DNA of 64,000 bases, taken from assembly GCA_965644265.1 (NCBI GenBank), contig OZ286463.1, forward strand, positions 89,962,001 through 90,026,000. Reading direction: 5' to 3'. A program made the position numbers and the translations under genes. Every line of letters starts with the position of its first letter. Position 1 is the first letter of the stretch. This stretch comes from Glycera tridactyla. Its lineage: Eukaryota. This document shows positions 40,240 through 52,623 of the stretch, piece after piece. Below the pieces are notes generated by a model that was not told the DNA's origin, searched no databases, and saw nothing but the letters and a program-made list of their open reading frames with translations.

Positions 40240-40600
40240 CAGTCTCCACAAAAAACTTTTTCAGCCACTCTCCCATCGCTAGAGCAGATTGGGAGAATCA
40301 CTCTCCCGAAAATGAATTCACTCTCTCGAATTTGTGCAATTCCCCTTGATATATATTTTCCTGAGGTTAGTTCTTCAGAATCATACGTGTGCAGGCAAAT
40401 GCAAAGCCTACTCACAGGGACTAGGGATTATTGTTGGTGTAATCAAAATTGTGGTGTTCTGTCTTCACAGAAAATCCATCACTCTCACATCAACTGAAAA
40501 ATTTCCACTCTCCCATCGGGAGAGTGAGTTGGAAGTTTCACTCTCCTGAAATCAAATTCACTCTCCCCGGGATTCGGGAGAGTGCTAATTTCGAAGACTG
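40240..40600. mobile_element. Non-autonomous DNA element with clustered CACTCTC(CC) motifs (hAT-like)
   Basis: CAGTCT...AGACTG termini; seven CACTCTC plus two inverted GAGAGTG motifs; no clean TSD. Confidence 0.5.
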
Positions 40601-41427
40601 CACTTATGTTTCCTGATTCATTATCAGGAGATATATGTAGAGCATAGACGTGGGTTGGATTCTGGCCCTGGTCTGATGTTCATATTTTACAAAAGCGAGA
40701 TGCTGTTCACATCTGACAGCCTGCTGTTAGCCTTTCTTTGATGTTCACACAGGAGACTTGTAATGTAATATCAACTGCAAATATTCTTCCATGACTGCAT
40801 ACAATCCTTGTCTTTTTTCGTCAGCTGCAGCTTTGATCTCTGGTATGATTATATTTCCAACTAAAGCAACTGTTCTCTATTCATTTTTATCCCCTTCTTG
40901 CGCCCATTCCGAAAAACATCTGACAGTTGATGTTTGTATCAGCGTATATCTTATATCCACTTAGATGTAATGGGTGCATTTCATCACAAGCTGTCTCTTC
41001 CTCTGTTCACTGCTGATTTTCTGGACACTAGTACACTTGTATATAAATTCATATTCTTCAGATGAGATTATTTGATGGCACAATGACTGAGTCATTTGAA
41101 TTCTAAGTCACGTTATGACAAAAAAAGGATATGTATGTCGAGCATGACAGTGAGGATTCTCTGCTGGTATTCTCTTTATATAGCCACATTTCTATCATCA
41201 TATCATATCATGCGCTGGAATAATAAGGTGGAACTCTTGTATTTTACTATTTCCTGATGCCCTTTCCACCTAACAAGGCCCAGAATCAGATCAATCCTGC
41301 TTGAATAAGATAATATCACAGCCATGAATTCAACCAGCCAACCAACCAACCAACCAACCAACCAACAGTGAGGTAAATTCTAATATTGTGAGGTCAGTTT
41401 TTTCATGTGTTAGTCAGAAATTTGGTG

Positions 41428-41790
41428 CACTCACTCACTCACTCGCTCACTCACTCACCACATTGACCTAGGTTGGTCCCGACAGTGGACTCATCACGGT
41501 CCTGCATTAAAGTCCTCAGTTCGTTGGTGTAAGTTGCTGCAGCATTTTCCGTGAGGGTGTCAATCATCGGTAATTTGAATGACAGCACTGTTTATCACAT
41601 TTGAAGTTGACCCTCATCTTGAATGTTTTTGATCTGGGATCAGCAGAAGTGGGAGATTGATTGTCTAGTAGCGGCTAAGTACCAGTACCCAATAATGCAG
41701 AGAATACTAGCGTGCATCTAGATAAAGACATGCTGCTCGGTGTATACACAAATGGTGATGGAGGAAATATCTTCTTATGTCAAGTTGGTG
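41428..41790 (-). mobile_element. RTE-clade LINE 3' end with (GTGA)n tail
   Basis: Minus frame MIDTLTENAAATYTNELRTLMQDRDES resembles the RTE ORF C-terminus (ID.L......EL...M.DR); followed by a (GTGA)n tail at 41428-41458. Confidence 0.6.
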
Positions 41791-43406
41791 TTTTTGACAG
41801 TAAGGTGGCATGAGGGAGACAATAATGTTGATAATAGAGCTATAATTGTCAAACTGCATTAATGACGTCATCTCTCAGTCCAAGATGGTACAGCTTATTG
41901 TGTCTGCATGCTTCAGTTAAGAGTTCATTAGGGAGTTGCTATATATATTCCGAGACTTGGTTCACCAGAGTCTAGGTCAGTGCACAATTGAAGTGAGTGC
42001 TGTATGTTGCTTTCATTCCCCGAGGAAACCATACCACATCAGCACACCTATTTCAATCTTGTTGGGTGCCAGCACTTGGTGAAATGACCCCAAGGACCTG
42101 TGGTCCATTAATGCATCTATTTACATGGCCGAAGATGGTAAATAACTGTCCAGATGCTGCGCATTCAGCCAGTAAATTGGGAGTCTGCCATTCAAACATC
42201 AGCCTCACGCCTCGTGACGGCAACATCCTTGGATTCCCAGAGGCGGTGACATCCCATATAGGAATTCCAAATTATCATGTTGCATGTAAACTGATGCTTC
42301 TTTCATAACATCTCCAGGGAGCTGCGTTTTGCCTGATATCACTCTAGCAGGCACTTCCGATGAATATTTCATCTTCATATGGACTTTCTTATGCATTTCA
42401 CTCTTCCAATTAATTCAGTACACCTGTTCTTCCAGAAGATGAGTCATGATTACTGTATCCATTTCAATGTTATACATAGAATTTCTGATCATAGTTCTTC
42501 TAAATGAACGAATTGCATCCCTTCAGAGCATTTTGATTTAGAATGGCCTCTTGCATGCATGCAATGGTCATTTGTTATGGTGTTTTATATGGAATATGCA
42601 GTAATGTGACTGGCAGTCGTCACATTCTCATCTAGTCAAGACGAAATGTCGATTGAGTAGAATTTCAGTAAATGTTACCTATATATACTTGAAGCTGAAT
42701 ACCTTTTGCATCTCCATTGCTACAAAGTCATCCAATAGGCAGAGATAAACTCTGTCGAATCCCAATGTGGCGAGTATGTTTCACATGATAAATTCACCAT
42801 TTTTCGCCTGATCTGAGTTTCAATTGCATTAATGTATTGTACAGGTCTTCTGGCAATTATTGAACCTGTTTTCGGTTATCCTATATGCTTTTGAAGAGGA
42901 TGCTCTATCATGTCATTGCATCCTTATGGCGAAATCGCTGCCATTATCGGCGAATATTTGTATATAAAAAAAAGGAATTGAACTTGACAGACTTTACTTG
43001 TTATGCACCTGTCAGTACTTGGTGCTTGCAGCATGAGTTGATTGGTTGGTTGGTTGGTTGGTTCATAGATTGAGAAAGCCTGGACATAATTTCCGTTATC
43101 AGTTTCTAATGGTTTAGATGGCAGCTAGTATTTGCTGTCAGGTGCATCTGTTGTTGGATTATACAGCTAATCTGTCTTGGGTGGATGAGCCTGAATATGA
43201 CCAGAAGCCAGGCTTGTATGATGTAACAGTAATACGCCAACCCTCTGCAGCCCATTATGTCATCTACACAAATAAACTCCCACATTCCCTTTCACCAGGG
43301 CAGCTGCTAGCTCAGTTAATGGTGATCATAATCCCCCTGGAATATGAGCTGACCTTCTGGGTCAGATTTATCTGTGAAGCACAGTGCTTTAGTCAGGTCG
43401 TCAGTA

Positions 43407-43584
43407 CAGTGAAACCTGTCTTGAGAGACCCCTCTTTTGGGAGACCACCCTCTAATGGGAGACCACTCTTTATCGGCTCTTCTCTATTTGACATAGTCAA
43501 ATATACCTCCAATGAGAAACCACCTGTCTTGAGAGACCTATATTTGTTGGCGTTTCGGGTGGTCTCCCAAGACAGGTTTTACTG
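43407..43584. mobile_element. MITE family A1, 178 bp, opposite orientation to the other A1 copies
   Basis: TA|CAGTGAAACCTGTCTTGAGAGACC...GGTCTCCCAAGACAGGTTTTACTG|TA. Confidence 0.92.
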
Positions 43585-45581
43585 TATTTGGGAATAGGAT
43601 TGATCTGGATATGATGTTTGTGGATGATTTGAGTTGAGGCGAGGTTGAGCTGGCATCGAGAGAGATTAGATTATGTGGTCCAGCCATGGCCATGTTTGAT
43701 TGCTTCCGACTTCCCTTGATAATCCTAGCTGGATGCCGAGGAATGGCTGTAAGGACTGGTCAACTCTAACCAGGCACAGTCAAACCTGTCTGCAAAGGAT
43801 GCTCCTTATCACGTCAAAAAGTGACCTTTGTTGACAGTTGATCATTTTAGATAGGTCATTATAGAAAGTGACCTTTTGGATTGCCTGTTGTAGTGTGTGG
43901 TCTTCCAAGCAATTCCAATCGAACTGGAGGATCAGTGACACATCAATAAATATTTCTTTCTGATGAAACCGTTATATTATGAATCACCTGTTTTGGGAAA
44001 TCACCATTCACCTTAGTCAAAGTTTCCTCTGATGAGAAGCCATCTGTTTGTGATGATGTCTTTTGGTGTTGTCTTCTAATCAAGTTTCACTGTAAGGGGT
44101 TAGGGCTTCACCCTGCTTAAGAGACAACCTCTGTACAAAGACAGCTGCCAACAAAGACTACCATAGTGATGAAGGCAATAGTATTCTTCGAGTAAATGAA
44201 CAGAGTGTCAGGTTTTTCTGACAGATCATTAGGTCCCTGCAGCCCACAGACTTCAGATACCATAGACCATAGCGCAAAATTCTGTGCCATCTCATTTATC
44301 AATGATTAATAAGGGAAAACAGGTGGGCTAGCCGACCCATAGTTCGACTTATTGATAGTCTAATAAGGCAGAATTGGGGGTTGTCACTCATTGCGATGTT
44401 CTCCATAATGGCCCAACTTGTCATACATCATCCTCTGGGTTGATACATACGGTTAAACCTCAACCAAACCGAACCAACTCTAATCTCTGTAGACAGGTTT
44501 GCTGGAAATTGCAATGAGAATGAGAGGGCTGTATGTGGGTGCGTTTCCATGAGAAAACAGGATCATCATGAAGAGTTGGTCCAGATCTCAAGGTACCTGG
44601 GATTTCGTGAAACAAAGATGCTGATGAATGAGTTTGGATGATGGGCAGCCAGAGGATGTCGCATCACTCTCCTCTTGTCCATCCTGATTCCAGGGAGACT
44701 TTGATGTGACAGATGACAAATGGCCCAGCATCCACTAACCATCACTATGCCATTGTTACCAGAGGATGCTGTCCCTTAAATACACATGTGGTGACTTTGA
44801 AGAGAGATTTCGTTAGAGTTGAATACATTGTGGTTTGCTCATAGTGCAGCACTATATTTCTATGTTTCAGGNNNNNNNNNNNNNNNNNNNNNNNNNNNNN
44901 NNNNNNNNNNNNNNNNNNNNNNNNNNNNNNNNNNNNNNNNNNNNNNNNNNNNNNNNNNNNNNNNNNNNNNNNNNNNNNNNNNNNNNNNNNNNNNNNNNNN
45001 NNNNNNNNNNNNNNNNNNNNNNNNNNNNNNNNNNNNNNNNNNNNNNNNNNNNNNNNNNNNNNNNNNNNNNNNTCTACCTGTTATGGATTGGAGCTTCATT
45101 ACAAGTGCTTCATGAGCATAACTTCATTACACCTCTTCATACAGTACAAGTATGCTTATCATCATACAGAGTAACAATCATTAGGATACACATGAAGAAA
45201 TTTCTTCAGAATGAGGGGAATATAATATATTGCAACTTTTTTTCAGGTATCTGAAATGTGGCAAGTTTCAATGAAAAGCTGAACCCATTAGTTAATTTCA
45301 ATCAGACAGAAAGTTTCACATTGTAACTAAACATCTTGCAGCCTATCAGTGAACTACACTAGTGTCAATGGAACATTAATATAACATCTGAGACGAACTC
45401 AAGGACCTGAGGCCTGTAAGTATGTGACTTGTAACCTGCTGGAATGCTTATCTTGTGAATACAGTCTGAGGAAAAGCCACCACCTTCACCATCGATATCA
45501 TGTCTTTTGCCACAATCTCCAGACATGGTTAATTTCTTCAACTATGTTTGATCATGTTTCTCATGGCTTTATTTGATCATC

Positions 45582-45774
45582 ATGGATAACGAACCTTGCG
45601 GAAGTAACACCCCACGCACCGAACCAGATGGGGTTGATGAGCGAGAATTTGTGGAGGATTACCCTACTGATGATGTGGATTACGCTGTGGAGTACGAGGA
45701 AGATGATGGAGAGGGCGATTTCTGGGCAAGATCTGAACCCTCGGAGGCTACAATTCTCTACCGCAAGAGAAAAT
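45582..45774 (+). CDS. Probable first coding exon of an unidentified gene (acidic N-terminus followed by RKRK)
   Basis: atcATGG start context, 64 codons MDNEPCGS...VEYEEDDGEGDFWARSEPSEATILYRKRK, donor AAAAT|GTAAGC, 15 CpGs in 45590-45845 against a CpG-poor background. Confidence 0.55.
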
Positions 45775-46737
45775 GTAAGCGCACTCACTCGGAGTCTTTC
45801 TCAGCGTGTTGTGTGTGGATTGTGATTTATAGACCGTGTTAGCCGAGTGCTCCTATACTAGTTACCTTTCACAGTTTGGATAACTTTTGCCCACCCTCGA
45901 CTGATGTCTGCCTCCTCCTGTTGCCCAGCTCCCTCTGGTGTATAGTCAATGCCTCTTCACCAAGAGATCAGTGAGCTTTCCAGACAAGTTTGACTGCAGC
46001 TGGATCATGTTGAAACCTTTTGCTCTTTTGGTACTGATTCTCGCTGACCAGTAAATATCCCATACGCATTCGACTTTTGATGGCAGAAGACAATCTCAGT
46101 TGTGCTGGAAAGGAAAAATGAAATTTATCATCAATATATTGCATTGGTATCATGCTCCGACAAGAAAAACTTCCAAGGCATGACATCACAAATTCTTCGA
46201 ATGGCATCAGAGACTTTGTATCTGAAGAGTTTGAAATGGGAAGGGAATCATTCTAAATGGTGGTGACATCGAAAATTGAATATAATTGGAATGAAATCAC
46301 AGCATGCATTCCCCTTGACCAATTTGTTATTCCTTCCATGTGCCCCTTGCCATGAGATGTGAAATTTCACCCACCTGAAATTCATTGATCTATTGCATGT
46401 GTCATGTTTTGAAAATTTGGGAATAAAATTCACAAGGAAATTACAAACCTGCGGATGGGGGGGGGGGCATGAATGTTATCTGTGAAAACAAATGTTTTGG
46501 TTTGATCTACGTTGCTTTAAATAGAATTGAATGATGGAGAGCTGTGTCAGTGGAGTTTAACCTTGTTGTTGTGATTAACAAGTTTACTAACAGTTTGTAC
46601 ACAAATGTCATCCATGCATTCTGTAGCATGCTGGTGTCTGTTGTCTGATGTAATTTGTGATCGATATTTTCATATCTAGAGGCAATTTTTGTGGGGACTG
46701 TGTGCTTCTGTACATATGTGCATGCATGTGTGTGTGT

Positions 46738-46903
46738 AGAGGAAGGAGGGGTTGGAGAGAGAGATTGTTGTGAATGGGAGAGGGATACAGGGAGAGGAGG
46801 AATGGGAGAGAAAAAGATGACGGAGAGAGAAAGATAGGGGCTTGAAGGGTAAAAGAGAAAGAGAGAGTGGGGGGGGGGGGGTGCAGGAGAAAGAGAGAGA
46901 GAG

Positions 46904-46975
<72 letters not shown>

Positions 46976-47011
46976 CACACCACAACACAACACACCACAC
47001 CACACCCACTG

Positions 47012-47074
<63 letters not shown>
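46738..47074. repeat. GA-rich tract, G13 run and long interrupted (CA)n
   Basis: Direct reading. Confidence 0.95.
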
Positions 47075-47076
<2 letters not shown>

Positions 47077-47799
47077 TAAATTTGTGAAAAAAATGTCTGA
47101 GAGGTATTTCTCTCCTCCGACTTCCCTCCAGTATGAACTTGTAACCATTTTATATTTACAGATATATACATTCCCTTTATGCTTACATCCAGTCCTTTTT
47201 TTATATCACATTTCTAAACGTTTAATCAGACATTCCATTCATCATACAGTCTATGTGATGAATAGTGTGTATGATTGGATATGTACCTTTACGGAGACTT
47301 GAAAGGAAGTGTTGGATAAAAATGTGATGAACATAAATTGAGAGTAAATTGATGCAGGCCGTGAGGCTGACAATGTTCCCATTTTCTCTGCACCAGTGCA
47401 CACAGTTAGATGACTTGAGTCGACTGTCATAATGAAGAGCATAGTATGCATTCATATGCTACATACCTAAGGAATGATATCGAGAGGTAGGCTCTTCGCT
47501 CAGGGGTTAGACATACAAATCCTTCAGGATCATGTCATGAGTTTAACATGCACATATTAAGTATGACAGAAATTCGATATACCATATTAATAGTCTTGAT
47601 GGTGTCTGGCTATCATGGAATCAACATTCATTATCAGAAACAGCTATAAAATTCTGTTGTGACAGAGGCAAATAGCAGCATAGTTGTACTACCCAGTTGC
47701 TGACAAAAGAATGCAAATGCATTTCGAAAGAGTCTTTACACCATGAGTAGCATGAATTTCTACCTCCTCAACAGGATTTTAACTTTCATGATGTTTCAG

Positions 47800-47873
47800 C
47801 TTTCCTCTGAGCTGGTTGGGGTCCAGAAGTTTCCTGATGCATTGCCTGATCTCAAAATGACAAGAAGAAAACG
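47800..47873 (+). CDS. Candidate internal exon
   Basis: tgatgtttcAG|...AAAACG|GTGACT; LSSELVGVQKFPDALPDLKMTRRK. The phase does not join directly to 45774. Confidence 0.22.
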
Positions 47874-48501
47874 GTGACTTCCCTTGACAAATACAAATAA
47901 TTAAGGTCATAAATAAATAGATAGGTGATGTAATCTTTTTGAAATTTCCACATGTTGTGACCAGTAGAAGATATGTCACTGTGGTTATAACACTTTCACA
48001 GATGATGATCATCCACCTGCTGCCAGCTGACCTATGACCTTAATTATGACGTCATGATGCGAAGCGATTACCCATTACATAGCCGTAATGAACACATCAT
48101 GAGAATGCCACAAATAAACTGAATGAGCATCCGCACTAAATTCAACCATTTATCCCAGGAAACTAAGTCTTTCTGTAAAATTCTATTTAGGTCAAAAGGT
48201 GATTTTCCTTGAATGATCATTAGCATTGTTGCTCCAGAAGAACGATTTGCAAAAAACGGCCCCACATAAAAGACAAACCCACTGTAGAAAACATATCAAA
48301 TCTATATTAGTCTACATCTGGGTGAGATGCATCCCTGGAGAAGGATGCTGGGTGGGTGATGGCAGGAGACTAGCATCTCTGAGCGCTAGCTATCAGATGC
48401 CATCCTCAGATCAGCCATTTAGTCTGAGTGGTGTTCTCTCATCTTCCACTCTATGATGTCAGTTTGTGCAAGTCAAGACACCAAGATTACTATCCATAAA
48501 T

Positions 48502-48505
<4 letters not shown>

Positions 48506-48548
<43 letters not shown>

Positions 48549-48578
48549 ATGGGTGCATGCGTGCGTGTGTGTGTGTGT
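48506..48578. repeat. (GT)n microsatellite
   Basis: Direct reading. Confidence 0.95.
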
Positions 48579-50300
48579 TTATGGNNNNNNNNNNNNNNNN
48601 NNNNNNNNNNNNNNNNNNNNNNNNNNNNNNNNNNNNNNNNNNNNNNNNNNNNNNNNNNNNNNNNNNNNNNNNNNNNNNNNNNNNNNNNNNNNNNNNNNNN
48701 NNNNNNNNNNNNNNNNNNNNNNNNNNNNNNNNNNNNNNNNNNNNNNNNNNNNAGGGAGCTCTATGACTTCTCCAGCACCATGTACACCAAACTCAAAATA
48801 AGCAGTTCTATCATTCAATGCTAGAGATTTCCATCATTGAAATGTTATAACTGAGGATAGCAGCTCATCATTGGAGTGTTGCTATTTTGTATGAAATTGA
48901 CCTCAGATGTGTGATATTTCTGCCCATTACTGCCTCTTGTCATCTTTGTTTTCTTGTGGATAATCTGTGTATTACATCAGTGAGATTGATGTATGTATTG
49001 AAGAGGACATCAGATCTGACTCATACAAGTTGTTGCACTAAGGAACAAGGTTGAGTCAGAGCCCCTCCATGGTAAAGAATAGACAGAATGAGAAAGATTC
49101 CAATACATGGAGTCCTGTTATCAATGGCCTAAGTGGGATGGCAGTCTTTCAAGAAATTACACTGTGTAGTGAGGAGGTTTGAAGTACAGAATACTAGTCC
49201 GGTCATTGCCAAGGAGTTGCTTCTGTAATTAAGCAGCTAGTCTTTACAATGGGGCCCTTTGGAGCAGATCAACTGCTTTTGCCCCTTAATTGGCTGACAT
49301 TGGGATCGAATATCAGTCAATGTGATGATGTGGTTGGTTTGTTCACATGGTTGTATATTGATGCGTACATCCATCCATATGAGCATCGAATGTCAATTTC
49401 AGGCTCCAGTTTGGATTTCAAGTATATGATAACAAGAGTAATAGTTGTGGTGATATTATCATAGATGATATAAATGTGCCATAGAAAGTTTCATGTAGTT
49501 GGCATTGGGGATTACCTTGACAGAATAGGGATTATCGTAGCCTTTGACAATAAAAACATGCACGCCCCAACCTTGGGTTTTGGCATCAAAAAGCCCACAT
49601 GCACATGCTCAATCAAATGAATGATACATGCCTGACAGTGTATAGATTATGCTTTTGTTTTTCTTCATCATGGGCAAACATCTCATGTAATTTATAACAT
49701 CCTCATCCAAAATACATGTGAGATGTGTGATTCTGTTGAGTGAAAATATGCATTTTGATAGCTAATGGAGACATTTTCTTGCGTGATTTTTTCCTCGATT
49801 TCTCTCTAATTCTTGATTCCACAGAGCAATGACACCTGAGGGAATCATTACAGGTGGAGTTTTTCTCATCTGATGATGCTACTCAGCCTGCTGTGTGCGT
49901 GTCGTGATCTCCCAGCAATCTAATGTAAAACCACCTGCATTTTTCATGAAGTCACGAGTGAGTGTGATTGAAACAGAATTCCGTGGCAAGTGATCCATTT
50001 CCTGTATTGTATTCCATCATGTAAGCTGCCTGATTCATTTACCACAGCCTTCATTCTTTTCATGCAAATAAATATATGACAGAGTAGTTGTGAAATATGT
50101 TGGAGGAAGGGCACAGTCTCCTGGTACAGATATACATCCAGGGAAATTATATAAAATCCAAGTTATGAATCAAAATGAGATTAGAATGTTCAAATTATAT
50201 CAGCACCAAGGTTTAGTAATATCCTATATGTGTCAGTGGGTGGATAGATAGATGGCTAGATGGATGGATGAATGGGCAGATGGATAGATAGAGAGGGGAT

Positions 50301-50514
50301 CAGGGCTGTATGTTGGCCAAAATATTTAGGAGCCAGCTGGCTCCTAAGTTGAAATTGTGGTAGCCAGTGCAAAATTTTGGTAGCCAGTCAATACATCGTC
50401 AATTGCAAACTCACAGAATTTTGAGGGCGACTGGCTCCCAACTTTTAAGATATGGTAACCAGAAGGTAAATTTGGTGGCCATTGGCTACCCATAGGTAGC
50501 AACAGAGAGCCCTG
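50301..50514. mobile_element. hAT-like non-autonomous element with apparent 5-bp TSD
   Basis: GGGAT|CAGGGCT...AGCCCTG|GGGAT; internal repeated GGTAGCCAG/GGCTCC/GGCTACC motifs. Confidence 0.6.
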
Positions 50515-50575
50515 GGGATGGCAGTAGAGCAGAATCAGTAAATGACCGCCACCACAGAAAGACACCTTCAATGTA

Positions 50576-50752
50576 CAGTAAAACCTGTCTTGGGAGACCG
50601 CCCATGATGCCAATGAAAAGTGGTCTCTCAAGACAGGTGGTCTCTCATTGGAGGTATATCTGACTATGTCAATAGAGAAGAATCGATAGAGAGCGGTCTC
50701 CCATCACAGGGTGGTCTGCCAAAAGAGGGGTCTCCCAAGACAGGTTTCACTG
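50576..50752. mobile_element. MITE family A1, 177 bp
   Basis: TA|CAGTAAAACCTGTCTTGGGAGACC...GGTCTCCCAAGACAGGTTTCACTG|TA. Confidence 0.92.
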
Positions 50753-50900
50753 TATCTTCACTTGGACTCTGCTTTAGTCCTCAATCAGCTGTCTCAAGTG
50801 GAGGTGTAGTCTTCTCAAGCTGAATCAATCTCCCCACTTTAATGTTTAACCACATGCTGGAGGCAGGATGAATGCTGAGAGTTGATATTAAGAATAATGT

Positions 50901-51184
50901 CGACCAGTCATACAGCCAGCTCCGGCATAATGCTCCTCGACCAGTCATACAGCCAGCTCCGGCATATTGCTCCTCGAGCAGTCATACAGCCAGCTCCGGC
51001 ATATTGCCCCTCGAGCAGTCATACAGCCAGCTCAGGCATATTGCTCCTCGACCAGTCATACAGCCAGCTCCGGCATATTGCTCCTCGAGCAGTCATACAG
51101 CCAGCTCCGGCATATTGCCCCTCGAGCAGTCATAAAGTCAGCTCAGGCATATTGCTCCTGTTAGCTCCGGCATAATGCTCCTCG
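50901..51184. repeat. 37-bp minisatellite, 7 units plus a partial unit
   Basis: Unit CGA(C/G)CAGTCATACAGCCAGCTC(C/A)GGCATATTGC(T/C)CCT starting at 50901, 50938, 50975, 51012, 51049, 51086, 51123. Confidence 0.95.
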
Positions 51185-51820
51185 GGACACCCAGAAAATG
51201 ACAAGCACTATTGTTCACAATATGCATGATTTTGATATCAGTTAAAACCCAATAGCTGGGCGACTATCAGCCATCACCATGAGATATGAAGATATGAAAA
51301 TCATTATGTGAATTATTTTGACCTCATTATTTGCAAAATTACTCCTTATTGCAGGGGAAAACTGTTTGCCACCTGCATAATTCCCCTAATCTGTGTTGCC
51401 ATGAACTTTGTGATAGGGGACTACCTCATATATTGCCAAAATGGTTCTACAAGAAGGTGGTCACTCACCAGAGGTATTTTTGACAATAACAAATAGAGAA
51501 GGGGCTCCAAGAAATGTGGTCTCTCAGAACAGGTGGTCTCTCATTACAGGTTCCACTGTCACTCAATAATTTCGAAGCCCAGCAACTAGAAGTAAACAAT
51601 CATCTGAATGGATTAGGATATCGTATGGAGCTGCTGATTGACTTACCATCAGGAATTCTCTCAGATACTATGTTGGCATGATCTTAAGGTGCAATGGAAT
51701 GATTCCCAGATGACAACCTGTTATCCGTGCCTGCCCTTCATGGCTTGTTATAAATTGGTCATGCCTTCAGCAGTATACCAGGCTTTTGTATGTCAATTTG
51801 TCTTATTAACTTGTATAATA

Positions 51821-51977
51821 CAGACAAACCTGTTTTGAAGACCACCTCTGTACAGAGTTCACCTGCCCATGGAGGCTACCCTGAGCTGTGACCATGCCAG
51901 TATTTTTTATGATAAACGGCCTCTCTACAAAGACCACCAGTGCAACAGAGAGTGGTCTCGGTTGACAGGATGAACTG
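51821..51977. mobile_element. MITE family B, diverged
   Basis: TA|CAGACAAACCTGTTTTGAAGACC...GACAGGATGAACTG. Confidence 0.7.
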
Positions 51978-51979
51978 AA

Positions 51980-52135
51980 CAGTCGAACCTATCTATAAAG
52001 ACCACCTTCATTGGCATCAAAAGTGGTCTTTATGGGCAGGTGGTCTTTATAGAGAGGTCATTTACTGTTGAAAATACTACCATGCAGCTCAAGGTGGTCT
52101 TTATAGAGAGGTGGTCTTTAGAGCAGGTTTGACTA
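51980..52135. mobile_element. MITE family B, 156 bp (one motif unit short)
   Basis: CAGTCGAACCTATCTATAAAGACC...GCAGGTTTGACTA|TA; GGTCTTTA 2+2. Confidence 0.85.
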
Positions 52136-52623
52136 TATATCTTTGGCTCATTGTACTGAGGAACCAGTGCCTGGTAGACTAGATGCGTCTGAAATAGTCC
52201 AATATTAGAGCTAGTAAAAGCACTCACCAATTGTGATATTGGTTCTTAGATGGCCAGGCCCGGGTTGCTAATGGCTGCATCTTCGAGACTTATTGTATTT
52301 TCTCTGACAGTTACTGATTTGGGATGTCTTATTGCCTTCAATATAGCATGCAGAGCCTGAGAGTGGTACTTCAATATCAAGTTCAAGAAACACAGAAATG
52401 ACTGGAAAAATTATTCATCTAATGCAGGTCCATGGAATCACATTAACCTTAGGCTTGCCATCACTTTCAATCCCATGTCTGTGATTTGGTGATATCGAGT
52501 TGAGTTGAGATATTTTCCATTTTATCAATGAGGTATAAAGCATGCATCATAGGATACAGGATATTCAAAATATTTGTTAAAAAAAAGCTGTTTGATATGC
52601 CATTGAGTTTTCTGATGTGTGCT

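Noticed and set aside
45968-46207. Minus-strand ORF with a good acceptor near 46110
   Set aside because: The frame is ambiguous and there is no recognisable domain or further support.
46507-47171. His/Thr- and Cys/Val-rich ORFs (also 8852-9154, 48453-48824)
   Set aside because: Products of (CA)n/(GT)n microsatellites.
7055-48824. Long ORFs containing X runs
   Set aside because: They are open only because N-runs contain no stop codons.
50901-51184. CRISPR-like 37-bp repeats
   Set aside because: The units are contiguous with no unique spacers, there are no cas genes and the context is eukaryotic.
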